A stretch of 64,000 nucleotides of DNA from Takakia lepidozioides. Taxonomy: Eukaryota > Plantae > Bryophyta. Shown one piece after another: positions 36,601-49,812 of the stretch; the first letter of the stretch is position 1; every line of letters starts with the position of its first letter. The notes below the pieces were generated by a model that saw only the letters and a program-made list of their open reading frames with translations, searched no databases and had not been told where the DNA came from. The DNA is taken from positions 80,538,001 through 80,602,000 of the forward strand of contig CM060732.1 in assembly GCA_030704615.1 (NCBI GenBank), in the 5' to 3' direction. A program made the translations under genes and the position numbers.

Positions 36601-39600
36601 TATCACCAAATTCGGGTGGCGGAAGGAGATGAGGAGAAGACCGCGTGCAGGACAAGGTATGGTTCATATGAGTTCTTGGTGATGCCTTTTGGGCTCACCA
36701 ATGCACCAGCGACATTTAGCACGCTGATGAACAGCCTTTTCCAGGAGTGGTTGGATGACTTTGTGATCGTGTACATCGACGACATCTTGGTGTACTCGAA
36801 AACAAAGGAGGAGCACCTGGAGCACCTCAAAAGGGTGTTCCAAAAATTGCGAGAAGGGAAGCTGTATGCCAAAGCTTCAAAGTGCGAATTCGGGGTCACA
36901 AAAGTGGAGTTCTTGGGGCACGTGATTACACAGGATGGGATCAAAATGGATGACAGAAAGGTGAGGGCGATCTTGGACTGGGAGCCTCCGACTTCGGTCC
37001 CGGGAGTGCGATCCTTCCTAGGACTCGCCTCCTATTACCGGAAGTATGTGAGAAATTTCGCCAAGATCGCGGGGCCGCTGTCGGACCTTCTGTGTAAATC
37101 CAAAGTCTGGGTATGGAACACATTTTGTGGCCAAGCTTTTGCTGAATTGAAGCAGCGGATGACGGAAGCTCCAGTCTTAAAAATCCCGGAGTTCGATCGT
37201 CCGTTTGAGATTCATACAGATGCATCGGACTTCGCAATTGGGGGTGTACTTATGCAAGATGGACGTCCAGTGGCTTACGAAAGTAAGAAACTGAATGAAG
37301 TGGAGCGACGGTGGCCGACGCACGAAAAAGAGATGAAGGCGGTGGTACATTGCCTTGAACTCTGGCGCCACTATGTTGGTTCCAACCCAGTGAAGGTGTT
37401 CACGGACAATGTCACGGTGAAGTATTTTGCCACGCAGCCCAAGTTGTCCCCAAAACAACTTAGGTGGCAAGATACTTTGGCAGTGTTCGACGTGGATATC
37501 CAGTACAAACCGGGACGGGACAATGTGGTGGCCGATGCTTTAAGTAGAAAGCAGCAGCTCTTGTTGGTGTACAAGGGCGAGACGGCGCTCCAAAGGAAGA
37601 TCCGGAAGGCTTGCCGGAAGGATGAGCTGGCAAAGTGCGTGATGCAGAACTTGAGAATGGGGGTTAAATCGCAGTTCCACTTGCAAAACGGACTGCTCCG
37701 GTATAAGCAAAAACGTCTCTATGTGCCAAAGGGAGGGATCAGGGATAGTCTCTTGAGAGAATGCCATGATAGCCCGCTTGCGGGCCACGGTGGAGCCAAG
37801 CGCACTGCGGCACTCTTGAAGAAAGAGTATTTCTGGCCCAAACTGAGGGAGGAGGCAGAGGAGTATGTAAAGACATGCACCACATGCCAACAAAACCGGA
37901 GCGAGTATAAAAAGCAAGCGGGGCTGTTACAACCCTTGCCGATTCCAGAGGGGACTTGGGAAAGCGTCTCGATGGATTTCATGACTGCTATGCCGCTGTC
38001 AAAAGGATTCGATGCAATCATGGTGGTGGTAGATAGGTTCAGTAAAATGGCCCATTTCATCCCCACCAAGGAGACGGCAACTGCGCAGGAGACAGGGCGA
38101 CTTTACTTCGCCCACGTCTTAAAGCATCATGGAGTCCCGAAGGATATTGTCTCGGACCGCGATCCAAAGTTTACGAGTAAATTCTGGAGAGCACTTTGGA
38201 AGAAGATGGGGACGAGGCTGAAGATGAGCACCGCCTTCCGACCTACGACGGACGGCCAAACGGAAAGAGTGAATTCCGTAGTGAAGCAATTCTTGCGGAA
38301 TTACGTGTCGGCAGACCAATCAGACTGGATGGAACACTTAGACGCGGCAGAGTTCTGTTATAATAACACAGAACACTCCGCGACGGGAGTTTCCCCTTTT
38401 GTGTTGGTCTATGGAAAAGCACCTCTGGTGCCGACAAGTTGGGCCGCCCAGGACGTTGAGGAACCGGCAGTAGCGGCGGTACTGGAAGAACGCGAGCGTT
38501 TGTTGAAGCTCGCAAAGTACAACATTGCCAAAGCTAGGAAACGGTATGAAAGGCAGGCGAATCGGAAGCGGAGGGAAGTGAAGTTTGAGGCAGGCACAGA
38601 GGTCTGGTTGAACATCAAGAATTTTCGACTACCTCCGGAAATGAGTCCGAAGTTCGTACCTCCGTATGCGGGTCCCTTTCGCATTCGGAGGGTTATGAAT
38701 GAGGATGTGTATGAATTGGAGCTGCCAGCAAACAGCAAGGTGCACCCAGTATTCCATGTCTCCCTTTTGAAGCCTTACTTCAAAGATGAAGCACGTCCGA
38801 ATCGGCAGCAAGTGTTGCGTCCGCCACCTATGCTGTTGGATCATGAAAATGAACCCGAGTACGAGGTGGAGGCAATACTTAAGTCGAGGAGGTTCAAGAA
38901 CCGAGAAACGGAGTATCTCGTCAAATGGAAGGGCTATCATCTTGTGGAGGCATCTTGGGTGCGTGCCTCAGAAATGGGAAACGCATCCGAGGCAGTTGCA
39001 GCGTTCGAAGGGCGACCTCAAAAGCGGAAGAAGCGTTGATGGGGACATCAACCTTGGAGCGTGGGGGAGGAAATGCATGCTTAGCCCGGTTTAGCTAGCT
39101 CAGGAATCCGATTGCAAAAACTTGTATTGTACAAAAATTTGTGATAAAGGAAATGGGTTCCAAATATTGTGCGTCCTATTGTGTTTGGAATGGTGATGCA
39201 TGGTGTGGTTGGCTGGTGTGTAGAATGCATGCTAGCTTACAAAAGTGGGAGAGGTAAATTGGGTTAATCGTGTGTTTGCGCAGTGCCGAAATCGGGTGAC
39301 TCCCATCCAAGGGGCAAGGAAACTTGCGCCTTATTTGGGAGTTCAAGTGCTAGTGCGCACCTGGCGCGTGCGCGTACTATAACTGCGCTACCGAGGGGGT
39401 TGCCTTGTAGTGCGGGCTAACGCGGAAGCTACGTGCTTCCGTTCACGTACTATAATCGTGTAGCCTCGGGACGAAGTCGTAGTGCGGCTTCGGCGTGTTC
39501 CCGTACCTCAGGCCAGCATTCCAAGGCGGACCCAATTGTAGTGATTGGGGCGCACGGTTGGTTCAAGGTTATCTTCCTAGTCAAAGAGGGTTCCAGGTGA

Positions 39601-40670
39601 ACCCTTGCTCAAGGTGATGCCAAAAGCGGCATCATGAGCGATCGCAAGCAATGTTGTTGCAGTAAGGCGATTCGATCCTCGGGGAGGATCGTTCCTTGGC
39701 CTTGAAGTAGGCCAAGAAGAGTGCACTGGGAGGAGCTGGAGAGGCTCCACCCTTGGCCGGGACTTGGAGGAAGTCGGCCGAACTAGCTAGTGGAGAGTGG
39801 AGTCAAGTGTGGGGTTTGGTTCTTTGCCATGGGACGCCATGGTACGGAAACAAACTCCTTGATGTGGGACGCCACAACTTGGATGTTCGTTTCTACAAAA
39901 TGGACAAGTCGATGAGGACATCGACTCCCTGTTGGTAGGGGTGTGTGTCGCGGCCCTTTGCCTTGAGGGCAGGGGGTCGGGACACATGAGGGGCTGCCCC
40001 TGTGGTGGGGGCAGCGGCAGCGATAGGTATGGGGGGCTGAAGCACCCTTGAGTGCCCAAGGCACTCAAGGAGGCGGAGGCGCTCACTAGGTGGAGCCCCG
40101 CACACCGGGTTGCGGTGGAGGTGGCTCCACAAGGGGTGGTGGTAGCTTAGTGGGACTTAGTGGGGGTGGCATAGGACTCACCATGGGGTGGAGACCTCGA
40201 GGTGGGAGTCGTGGGGAGTCTTGGGACTCATCACGGTCCATTGGGGCCGCGGTGAGTGGGCCAAGACTCACCGCGACTCACCACCGGGAGTCGAGGGTTT
40301 TCGTGGTGGTTCGCCATAAAATGGCATGGCTGGTTATGAAACCCCCGCGGACAGCTACAGAAGTATATATAAGGGAGTAGTAACCCCGAGAACGGTGCAA
40401 GCCCGTTGGTGACCAAAAACTAGTGAGTAAGCGAGCGAGCCGGAAAGCGACCAAAGAGTGGGGAGCTGTTCCGGACTGCCATCTACCAAAGGGAATTCTC
40501 CTAGTCCCAAATAGGTGGAGGGTTTAGAGGGAAGCGGAAGGGGACCGTTATGTCCCGGTGAGCAGCCGAAACTCCAAGTTGGCCCGGCGGCCAGGTTGGG
40601 AGTCAGGCGCGCGCATCAAAGCGAGTAACTATGACTTGAAGGGGAGTTTACCGAACTGAGGTGTGCGACA
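33697..40670 (+). mobile_element. Young, intact Ty3/Gypsy chromovirus (probably Galadriel-like)
   Basis: 725-bp LTRs 33697-34421 and 39946-40670 (TGTCGC...GCGACA), differing at about 3 positions by eye. PBS TGGTATCAGAGC at 34424-34435. PPT at about 39934-39945. TSD CACTT/CGCTT with one mismatch. Inserted in the gag of the outer element. Confidence 0.96.
34477..39039 (+). CDS. Single-ORF Gag-Pol polyprotein with C-terminal chromodomain (about 1520 aa)
   Basis: First ATG at 34477. [14 protein letters not shown] knuckle, LVDTGASH protease, YIDD RT, TDASD RNase H, HHCC plus DDE integrase, GPF motif, chromodomain YEVEAIL...EYLVKWKGY...SW. No stops. Confidence 0.97.
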   Translation: MGSGKPKRKRNGPKDDDPGEPDGGDVSPRRPFEEAINVSENEAAQEREESEESEPEESLRAPTNQEMPPMPAAFWEGLLAQFGGTLKDVLKAANATSTKAKFKVKPKEPGTFEGVRNRKALNTWLLELEQYFRAAKLSDEDRVEVAPTYLRGYAQQWWQKRLHDRGPSPETLNWSEFKELMKRQFVPLNASWLARDKMRNLKQTDDIRGYVQAFNVLLLEVADMAEPEMVFNFVAGLAPWARRKLEEKPPKTLNEAIERAECFSDVPRGERQGRTELNHKKTRREGDSSRPEKKWDRPRGENGTWKSKGGPSHVKAAPGASKGKAGGATYGGQKATFDGVCFNCGEPGHMAKKCTKPRQLNMTRATTELSEDTISRLVEAVVARTCKVGKFSCELYQETGALRKGSQLLFVDGIISGTNVSLLVDTGASHSFMTPAAARKLGLPTSDVGASIEVRSAKGEPQLATRLAFDVPLQLGSWEGRENFTICEIDGVDLILGMTFLSKSGAVIDGRKRVVTLPCGNGGEVLRVSETPKSVGGRINLLSAKEWAVEETHESQFLLYIREVKGEGDGEPSPDWIKGILEKYQDVMPEDLPSGLPPRRGVDHKIEVIPGSEPPAKAPYRLSHKELVELKTQLKDLMSKGYIRPSKSPYGAPVLFADKKDGTLRMCVDYRALNKVTIKNRYPLPRIDDLFDRLAGAKYFSRIDLRSGYHQIRVAEGDEEKTACRTRYGSYEFLVMPFGLTNAPATFSTLMNSLFQEWLDDFVIVYIDDILVYSKTKEEHLEHLKRVFQKLREGKLYAKASKCEFGVTKVEFLGHVITQDGIKMDDRKVRAILDWEPPTSVPGVRSFLGLASYYRKYVRNFAKIAGPLSDLLCKSKVWVWNTFCGQAFAELKQRMTEAPVLKIPEFDRPFEIHTDASDFAIGGVLMQDGRPVAYESKKLNEVERRWPTHEKEMKAVVHCLELWRHYVGSNPVKVFTDNVTVKYFATQPKLSPKQLRWQDTLAVFDVDIQYKPGRDNVVADALSRKQQLLLVYKGETALQRKIRKACRKDELAKCVMQNLRMGVKSQFHLQNGLLRYKQKRLYVPKGGIRDSLLRECHDSPLAGHGGAKRTAALLKKEYFWPKLREEAEEYVKTCTTCQQNRSEYKKQAGLLQPLPIPEGTWESVSMDFMTAMPLSKGFDAIMVVVDRFSKMAHFIPTKETATAQETGRLYFAHVLKHHGVPKDIVSDRDPKFTSKFWRALWKKMGTRLKMSTAFRPTTDGQTERVNSVVKQFLRNYVSADQSDWMEHLDAAEFCYNNTEHSATGVSPFVLVYGKAPLVPTSWAAQDVEEPAVAAVLEERERLLKLAKYNIAKARKRYERQANRKRREVKFEAGTEVWLNIKNFRLPPEMSPKFVPPYAGPFRIRRVMNEDVYELELPANSKVHPVFHVSLLKPYFKDEARPNRQQVLRPPPMLLDHENEPEYEVEAILKSRRFKNRETEYLVKWKGYHLVEASWVRASEMGNASEAVAAFEGRPQKRKKR

Positions 40671-41254
40671 CGCTTCATTCTCAAAATTACAGGCCAAACC
40701 ATATGCTTATGCCTCGGTACGAGGGTTATGGGCCTTGACCTTAAATTTGAGAGAATCACTGAGGCCATCAACAAAAAAAATCAACTCTGTCTTCTTCACT
40801 CAACGAGGGGAAATAACTGGCTCAAACTTCGTTTAAACTCTCCCATGCTCATAGTCTCTTGTTTCAATCTGAACAATTCAACCTTCATCCTATGAGCATA
40901 GTCACTAGGGAGATAGTGAGCCAGAAATAGTGTCTTGAATGTCGCCCATGTATCAACTGGTGGTTTCTTATGCTCTCGCCTTTCCTGTTTCTGCCGTGAC
41001 CACCACAGCTTTGCGGCTTCACGAAGCTGCAAGGCCGCAGTCTGGATTTTTGCCTCTTCGGAGTAGTCCTCTTTGAAAAAAAATTCTAGGGTATCCAAAG
41101 AAGACAAAATCTCCTCAGGCTTCACTGAAGGCTTACCGTAAAACTCTAGCAATTCCACCAACCTTTTGATTTCTCTAGTGACATCCTTGTTTATTTTGAT
41201 CTTGGCCTCATGGGAGTCGGCCTTAGATTCGTCCTCATTCCGTGGCTCACTCAC
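40671..41254 (-). pseudogene. Outer element gag N-terminal part; continues at 33696-33520
   Basis: KIQTAALQLREAAKLWW...DTWATFKTLFLAHYLP...ELFRLKQ retrotransposon gag domain. Confidence 0.88.
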
Positions 41255-41572
41255 AGGCAGATCGCTTTTCAGTTTGAGTTTGTGCAGGGGCCAATTTATG
41301 TATCTCAGATCGAATTAAAGTGCCTAGGGCCTCCATCTGCTGCTGGGAAAAAAACTGACTTCCACGTTCACGATCTAAAGCTCGGTGCAGGCTGGCCGCA
41401 TTGGAGCGGTCACGGTGGTCTCCCGCCATTTCTCTATCCTGATCGTCGTCACTGGGGTGTGTGCTCATAGAGCCGAACGAAATCCGGCTCATTCGCACAA
41501 TTTCCCTACTTTTGGAAATTCCGAAATTTCACGATCTGTTCGCCCCCATCGCAAAATGGCTCTGATACCACT

Positions 41573-42275
41573 TGAAAAGTATCTAACTCTCTTTCCTCAG
41601 TCCAACTATGCCCAATTTCAGGCGCTTTGTTTATCTTGCTATTCAAAGGGAATTCATCAGAATCCCAAGAAAACTGCTTGCTTGAATCAACAACAGTATG
41701 GACCTCATTAACCAGCCTCTCTTATTCCAGTCACAATTCTTTGACTCAGATCGTAACAGAGATCACTCCAGTCCAACGATCGTTGAGCCCTGTTCTTCAT
41801 GGAAGTGTATTCACAAGCCTTAAAGCGAAACTTTCTTGTTCCAAACAGTGACTGGAATCAGATCTAAACTGTCCCTCTTCAAATCAACTCTTGATGAAAC
41901 CTTAGTCACAAGATTTACACAATCACTCTATACAAAAGAGAAATCACATTCCCTGCTGCTGCAAGCCACCAAATGCCTGTGACGTCTATTCCAACATCAA
42001 CCTACAACTCTATAAGCACAGCACCGGTTACAACATCCGGTCCACCCAGCCACCACGCCGTGCTACATAATCAGATTTCCTGCCTATGCAGATATGCTCA
42101 AAGGCACCTGTACACCATCATCACTACTCCAGCCATCTTGCCCTGTCCACGCCCAGTCAAAAATCCCTTCCTGGATCATCTTCATGCACGCGAGTCTGAT
42201 CCATTTAACCTGCAACTGTCAGTCCGGCGATATTCTAGCAAGTCTCTTGTCGACCTTCGTTCCTGGCACCTAACA
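41573..42275 (-). repeat. 5' LTR of the outer Gypsy element
   Basis: Adjacent to the PBS and followed by TSD ATTCT. Confidence 0.95.
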
Positions 42276-43696
42276 ATTCTACCTAACAATTCTGGATTCA
42301 TTGGGTTTCAAAGATTCACCACCATCGGTATGTATTATCGATAAACCCATGAATCGAACCTCCATATGCATCTTCACAAATCTCCTTGAAGATTCTTTCA
42401 TTCCGAGGATGGTGGATATGCAGGTGCGAAGATGTGATTCCCCCCATGATTGCTTTGTTGACGGCGTCCACATTTCTCCAGATTTGAGTGCTTTTTCCGG
42501 AGTCTTCTGAAGTCTTCTTTTGTAATTGAAGAAAACCCGAGCATACGCCAACGGTGTTGCAAGTAATTGTACTCTCCATGAGTGAATGAAACATCTAGGA
42601 CTATCAACAATGTTCAGTATCAACCAGTACATGATGTCTGTTACACAGTCATCCTGAATGTGATTACCAGGTAGGTACTAGTTGATCTAAATTAAGCAGT
42701 TGGAGCAAGACAATCAGTCAGGGTCTAGGGCGAGATGAAATGCGAAGCCAGAAAGGTCGTGACTTGACTACCGAAACACGTGCAAACTTGCAAATTGATT
42801 AATATATATATGTAGGTACTAGTGGTGGTGACTGGATGAACATATATGGCGATCGATGCCCGCAGGTTCCTATGTGAAGTCTCTGAGAATCACAGTTTCT
42901 GCAGGGAAATTCTATCTCAAGCTGCATAGGATTTTTCAGCCAGATCAAAATTTGCCGTGTGTACATAGGCGGCGTTTCCTAAATGACGACAAAGTGCAGC
43001 AAATCAGTTCTATTTCGTGATGCACCTCTACTGTAAATATTTCCAAGTTGAGCCGTTTCTGCAACCCTGCTTGTCTAGTCATCATCTAGCTCATGCTGAC
43101 CATCTTTCACAAAGAAACCTCTTTCTTTCTTGACTGAAAGAAAGAGTGACTTGATTTCTGGAGCCTTTCCAGCAAATCTTAGTGATTTACAACTTCTAAT
43201 AATCACGTGTTGATCGGAAATCAGAATGCTCACTTCTATAACTCGGGATGTTTATATATACCCAGGTAGCTGAGCTCAAGCTGTCGACTCCTTCGTATTA
43301 CGAGGATGACGTAGTAGGCTTCTTATCTGGTGTGAAAATCAAACCCAACTGCCAGGCCGGTCTAGAGGGTTGAGAATGTACTGTGCAATTTCCGTCCACG
43401 GAGTTTTCTCAGCCTAACATGAAATATTCGGGGAAACATGCCGTTGCCATTGACCTGTTATGATTCAATACGAGTACCGAGGTCTAGATACGTGCCGGTG
43501 ACTGCCATCTTGAATGAACATTGGCCGATGTCCCTTACCAGCAGTGCTTTGAAAACTCCATCGTTCAGTGAACAAACTCACATTCCAGGTCTGTCCCACT
43601 ATCTTCAGGATCATCTGATGACCATCCAAACGAGTGTGCTCATGTCTGACCCCATGAACACTGAATCTCCTCAATATTGAATATGGAACTTGCGCC

Positions 43697-44062
43697 TTAT
43701 GGTTCCACTGAATCTTTTACGGTGGTGCCGACCGTGTTGTGGCCTAGACTTGGACCTGGAGGCGGGTGCGGATTAGCCTTATCATTTCGACTGAAATATA
43801 AATTCCGTACTCTCTTCCCCAGAGAAATATGTACATTCTTGACAGTGTCAGTAACGAAGCCAACACCCACAGCTCCGGAATGTATAGGCTGCGCTTGCTG
43901 AACTCGACTTCTCTCAGGTCGGAGAGAAGCTGATGGTAAACTTAACCCAGCTACAGGCCGAGATAGGTCTTCCGTGTCCCCGAACAGTGTCTTTCTAGAG
44001 TCTACAGATAACAGGAACAGAGCACTAACAAACAAAAACAGCAATGGTTTTGCTGAACCCAT
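43697..44062 (-). CDS. Small secreted peptide precursor, IDA/IDL- or PIP-like (121 aa)
   Basis: Signal peptide MGSAKPLLFLFVSALFLLSVDS-R, a variable pro-region, and near the C-terminus PHPPPGPSLGHN (43736-43771), which resembles the IDA dodecapeptide PIPPSAPSKRHN. Single exon with a true ATG. Confidence 0.7.
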   Translation of the reverse strand: MGSAKPLLFLFVSALFLLSVDSRKTLFGDTEDLSRPVAGLSLPSASLRPERSRVQQAQPIHSGAVGVGFVTDTVKNVHISLGKRVRNLYFSRNDKANPHPPPGPSLGHNTVGTTVKDSVEP

Positions 44063-44439
44063 TACGGAATGGATGTTCTGTAACTCTAGCAGTCTATATG
44101 CGTGGAGATGCTCAGCAACAAAGGAGACTAGAGAATTATATTGTCGATTGTGTTCTCCCCAGTTTCAGATTGAAGATCGAAAAATTCGCACAAAACACGG
44201 TGGTCTGCAATCAAAGATATGGCGGTTTCTTGAGTGCAGGGAAGCGTAAGGGTAAGTATATAGAAGGTGGAGATGGGGTGCCACGAACATCGCTTGCCGT
44301 GCAGGTGCACGGTGGGTGGGAGAGCGGCGCAAGCAAAGAAAAAGGAAAAGCTGGCGCTGACCTTGCACCCCATCCTTCGTATTATGCTTATTGCTAACTA
44401 AGCCTGCTTAGAGACTAACCCAGGTCCCAACTGATCTGA

Positions 44440-45020
44440 ACTTTACCAGCCCCTTGGTCAAATGTCGGCCCGAGACAAAAAGAGGATTTACGCAGGATTT
44501 GCTGCAGGCATGGAGGGGGCCATTATGCGGCCAGAACATGTCAGGGCCCAGAAGTGTGGGCAACGGCTGCCACATTCCGCCACCTGTTGAAGTGGTCCAG
44601 TTTTCCAAGCAATGCCTTTACGCGCGGAATGGGTAAGAGTCGGCCCATTCCACAACAAATGATGGCAGGGTTCCAGGGTTTGGTCAGGTCTCGGGAAATC
44701 CACCCACATAACGCCGCTCTGAGGAGAAGTCAAACTGCAGATTTGGCATCCCAATAAAAACTATGCTTCTGTTTTCCTTTTTGGGGTTATTGATAGATTT
44801 TGAGAACTGGAAATTAAAATGAAATTGAAAGATGTTTTGAGGGGAAGGTCGTCGTCTACCTAGAGAGAGAGAGGGTGGGCGACCCACCTCGGCAGCTATG
44901 GCCGCCACCAGCTCACTCAAGTAAGTGTCAACGCCTTCTTTCCGACCTCCTTCGCGCCTGCCATCGCTTAGCATGAAGGCAGCATGTGGGGAACGGAAGA
45001 AGAAAGTCAATGTGGCAGAA
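44440..45020 (-). promoter_or_regulatory. W-boxes and a CGCG box upstream of the peptide gene
   Basis: TTGAC(C/T) on - at 44456, 44728 and 45005; ACGCGCGG at about 44620. These short motifs can occur by chance. Confidence 0.3.
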
Positions 45021-48000
45021 AGATGGGCGCTCCCTGTATCCTGATCTGTCTAGTTGACAGGAAATCACAAGAGTACCGAAATTACAACTATAGCTACCAG
45101 TTGCAAATCCGCGTCAAGGCCTTAGGCAGCTGTCGAACTAGGAAGGAGGATATACATTCTACTCCTGATACTGTAACAAGACCAGATGTAGAGGGAGAGA
45201 TCCAGACGATCTCTTGTTGAAAGGGAGCCCGTAGTCTAGATGGATCCCTTTCGAAAGGATCCCTTGTAAATGTATTGTGATTGTATAGATAGTGTGTACA
45301 GATCGACAGTGGACGAGTCCACCCAATTTTCCGTTTGGGTATGTCGTGCTTTAAAGCCCACATTGTCGTACATGCAAAGAACCATTTTCACAGGGGTCAG
45401 GGGTGAGGTGCAAGCCCTTCAGTGACACATGGATCGAGGACTAATGGATTTCACTCCATGAGTGACTGCCCATGCGACTGGTCGTTTCTCGTTTCTGCGT
45501 TTGTTATAAGTTACTCACTCCCGTAAGCTCTTTGAGTTCCTTACGACTGTACATCTCTGTCCTTATAACAGCTCCTTTCCTTGGAACGTTGGACGTTTAA
45601 TCCTATTGAGGTTTGATTGTGGATGTAGCGATTCCATAGAAGCTTCATTTCTCCTCATTTCTCCCCGGCTATCGTAGTCGATAGAAAACACGAATTTACC
45701 CTTGAATTGTGGTCGCAAGTACTTCTTTCACCTCCAGGGACCTTCAGAAAATGGATACCGATAGCTAGTACCAATTCGAAATATTACAAGCACATTCAGA
45801 CAGTTGGAGCTTCATAAACTATTCGGTCGGACCATGTTACCTAGATACTATCGATCTCAGACGAACTTTCTGAATTCACTCCACTGAAGTTTTAGCTCGA
45901 TCCTCCCCCTGGCTGATCCCTGGCCGCTGTACCTGAGGGACTCTGGCAGACTTCAAAGATGGAACCATTAGTATCACAGCCATAAGTGGTGGCAGAGGCG
46001 ACGACCTAGTCGAACAGCCACTTTTTGGTGGGAATCTGGGGCAGGTGTATTTGCTTGTATGTGCCCTGAAGAGGTATGGAGGCAGCCTTGCCCTTCGTCA
46101 AATAGCGCGGTTGATGCAAACTACAAATTGGGTGAGGGGGGACCAGACCCGGGTAAGAGTACATTGATTTCCAGACCCTCGATCTCTCGCTGGTTGAAGC
46201 GGAATCCGCGACCAGCATGGCATGATTTTAAGCAGCAGCGAGAAAAAGAACGGCTTTCGGGGACTTCTGAACGTCTGTATAGGGATCCAACGTGGTTGAA
46301 GGCAGTGACCTGGAATACCTTAACTTCAGAGAAAAGAGTAAGTTTGAAATTTGCTGTCCAGTTTGTCACGCGATTCAGCAATTCTCTCCTGGGCTCTTCC
46401 TCTTCTTCCACTCTATCACCGCTACCACACTGGTTTCATACGAACTCAAGATATCAACGAGAGTGTTAGGCAGGGGCATGTGGTACCCCATGCCTTAGGC
46501 CAGCGCAAAGCAAGGTTTAACATCCAGCATTATTCTTCTGAAAAGGTTCAATGCGGTGAAGCATACTAATAAGAGTATTGTGTATGTTGAATGTGTACAT
46601 GTATACTTATCAAAGGGTGGACCGGGGGTGGACCTTGCATTGACTTTGACCGTAGTGTATGTCATTTAAAACTGCAACTCTCGGACAGTATATCTATCTA
46701 TTTTTGCACTCCTTGATTCCTTAGTCAGAGTGTGCCACGAGTGAAATAGATGGACACGACCCCCACCAATTCATCTAGAGATGCTATGAGACAAATGTAA
46801 GAGAGAGAGAGAGAGAGAGTCTCTAAGGGTCTCTAACAGAGGGGGAGAGGCCAATAATTCTGGGGGCCTGCCAGACTCTCATTGTAGGGAATTTATTAAT
46901 ATAGTCGACCCAGCATCTGCCAGGCTTGAAATAGCTAAGCACATAGCACCTCAGAGGGTCCGATATGGATTTGGAGGGCACCCATGTGTGCATGGGGCCA
47001 TTGAGCTGGTCCTCAGTCTGCCAGGCTGGAAATGGTATTTCTTGTCTATCGCTTGGGTGGAAGTTGAAGGGACAATGCAGCCGCTAGTGCTTTTGCTGAG
47101 TGCTCAGATCAATTCCTGGGCCAGAGGAAGATACACATGCCGAAATATCATCAAACCTGGACTCGGTGCGTCCGAAAATTGGGCCCGGATCCGCAATACT
47201 AGTTCCCCCACCCACCCATACGGAGATCGTGATGGTGGTGGGTCGTTTGGGTGGTAGCCAAAGAATCTGGCTACATAGAGAGCCAGGCCATTGATTACTC
47301 ATCACTGACATGCGTTTGACATTGCCACAGTATGGGGAATAAGTTTCTGAAAAGTCAAACAAGCTCACCACTCGGTTGGATGCCAACAGACTTGGGGCCC
47401 CACACAGAGGAGAATAGCCTATACGTTAGGTCAAAAGCAGTTAAGGAAGTGTGGTTACAAGAGCAAGGCTCCCCGACTTTGCAACTTCACTGCAAGCACT
47501 TCATCTCTGAGAGCTCCCGAGTCCCATGGGATACATGTGGTAACTTGGCACTTGTGCACTGCTGGTCTTCCACAAAAAAAGAAGGATGCTCTCTAATGAA
47601 AAGATAATGATGCACCTTTCCCCCTTGCATCTGACCCATCTGATACTTCAATGTTTATTCATATATTTCCAAACTTGTACCTAACGACAGTAATTGCAGT
47701 ACATTTTTACAGTAATGCATATTTAGGATGGACAATAGTTGAGGGTGGAACTTGGAAGGACCAACATACCAGCAGTTTATTATTGTACTTCTGTTGCGTC
47801 CACATTATGGAAAAGCAACGGAATGCTTGGCCCCATCAAGCAGTCCCCAACGGAACCGTAGTACTAAACTTCGAGTGTGATTGTTTGTTGGAAGGAAAGA
47901 CATAAAGCCCAGAAAAACCAAAAAAGGATTGGCGACCCAGGGAGTAGTCTAACCTTTCAGAAGCAGTGAGTTGCAAGCTCATCTTATGATCATGAATGAT

Positions 48001-49594
48001 GAGATGGAAATTCGGGCATTTTCCTCTTTTTCAACTACTGTCTTCTAGTGCATTGACTGGTCTCATAATCTTTGTAATTTGCAAAAAAGGCATGGGAATT
48101 CTTAAGGGCCTGAGTAAGGTCTCAGACCGTCTAAAGACAGGCCCGGATATGGTGTAATCTAATTGGAAGCTTCTTTAAGCCGGAAAGTTTGAAATTGATA
48201 CCAAGTCGACAAATTGCTAATAAGACTTTTGAGTGGAGAATCTGCCGAGACTTTTGCACATGCTCTAACCCATTATGTATTATTCATTGGCACATTATTC
48301 ATTTGTCGAATTTGGTTGTGCCAAGTGGGTTCCATACAGACTGGCAGAGAGCAGCTTTCTTCGAGCAAACAGTCTCTCTCAGAAGGTCGTTAGGCCCGGG
48401 CTTCTATACTAACAATTCTGCACACGGCTGAATGATCAAAAAGTTCTGTTGGCCACGTACCTAGCCACATACCTACCGGGGGACCCACAAGCATCATCAT
48501 CACCTCCAGCACTTTCAACAGGAAAGGAGGGGATAACCCTGGTAGAGCAGCTCCGACGACACCATGCGGCTTTCATGAATAATGGGGGCTTTGTCAGTCC
48601 CCTCCTAACGGTAACTTGATGAGAGAGCCAATTTCAGCCAGCTTCACTCAATCCTTATCTCCAAGTTTGGGCATTTGTAGCCAGATTAAATGGCATGTTA
48701 CGCACCCCCCATGTAGTTGCCCACAATCCTACTTCCATTGAAGTCTGCATTTGTAGTGCAACATTAATTTACAACCAACAGTTTTGGGGACCGACCTTAT
48801 TGGGGGGCTGTGATTGACAAAGTTTTTCACTGCCCACCATCAGCGCTGTGCTATGGGACATGGTGGAAGAAGTTCTAAAGAACTTTGGGATGACGTGATA
48901 TAGACCTACCCACGTATCATCAATTGTCAATCTCTGCAGAACTCCACACCCCCAAAAGGACTAAAGCAACTTGACAGCTAGGGCCCCTGACCCATCACTT
49001 TGACAAGTTCAAGCTCCCCCAAAAACCAGCAAATATATAAACAAAACATGCTATACACTGGCCTGTAGCCTAGAGTATGCACACAACCTTCCAACTACAA
49101 ATTACAGACACGGTGTGGGTTCCACACCCCCGCAAATGGAGGCATGTTGCACATCAAAAGTGGAAAGAGAGCTCACAAACACCCCCGGTCCCACGCCTCC
49201 CACCCAAGGTCTACAAGACCACCCACATTCTAACTCTAAACAGCAGCAAAACAGTTACCCGAGTTCGAGTGATAGCTCGGTACTCTCAGTCTCAGTCTGG
49301 CATGTGCGTCATTCATCTTCTTCGTCTTCGTTTCTCACACTCGGATAAACACAGACACACACTTTTCTTCAGAGAAATCAGGAGTAGTGGGGACCACAAG
49401 GGAAGAAGTCCACGAGATGACCGATACGTGGCGGTCAGAACCGGTGCCGCCATCGGCCGTCCTCTCAGTGGTCGGTGGGCAGAGGCCGCATGACTGGCAG
49501 TTGGCAGTGAGACTGAAGCCGCACACTCCCACCGCCGTGTGTGGGGGCCGTTGGGTTGGGATCTGACGGTGGGGGATGTGCGGCCGTCTCTAGA

Positions 49595-49812
49595 AGGTTT
49601 TGACCTTCCACAGATTTTTGACCGTAAGGAAGATGGCAGGGAAATCCTTGTCATCCACATCGCTATGGCTGATTTTTGGGGGCGGATTTGTGGAGGAGCT
49701 CATCGATCATCAGTTACCTTACTTACCTGGGGAGGCCCCCACGACCCACGTTGGAACAGCCGACATGCGAGAAACGCGCGCTTTGACTCTGGGGTTCACT
49801 TATATATTATCT
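49595..49812 (+). promoter_or_regulatory. Likely core promoter of the U-box gene: W-boxes, CGCG box, TATA
   Basis: TTGACC at 49600 and 49618, ACGCGCG at 49774, TTGACT at 49783, TATATA at about 49801, followed by a pyrimidine-rich leader. Confidence 0.5.

Larger units (their letters stand above)
23847..42275 (-). mobile_element. Old Ty3/Gypsy LTR retrotransposon hosting two nested insertions
   Basis: LTRs 23847-24569 and 41573-42275 (TG...CA). TSD ATTCT at 23842-23846 and 42276-42280. Met-tRNA PBS TGGTATCAGAGC on - at 41559-41570. PPT on - at 24570-24585. Decayed gag-pol lies between. Confidence 0.95.

Noticed and set aside
42294-42660. Possible host exon interrupted by the outer retroelement
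   Set aside because: Three short open frames, none recognisable or extendable across the empty site.
45100-49100. Short ORFs between the two host genes
   Set aside because: No identifiable domains; possibly very old LINE debris, which cannot be supported by eye.
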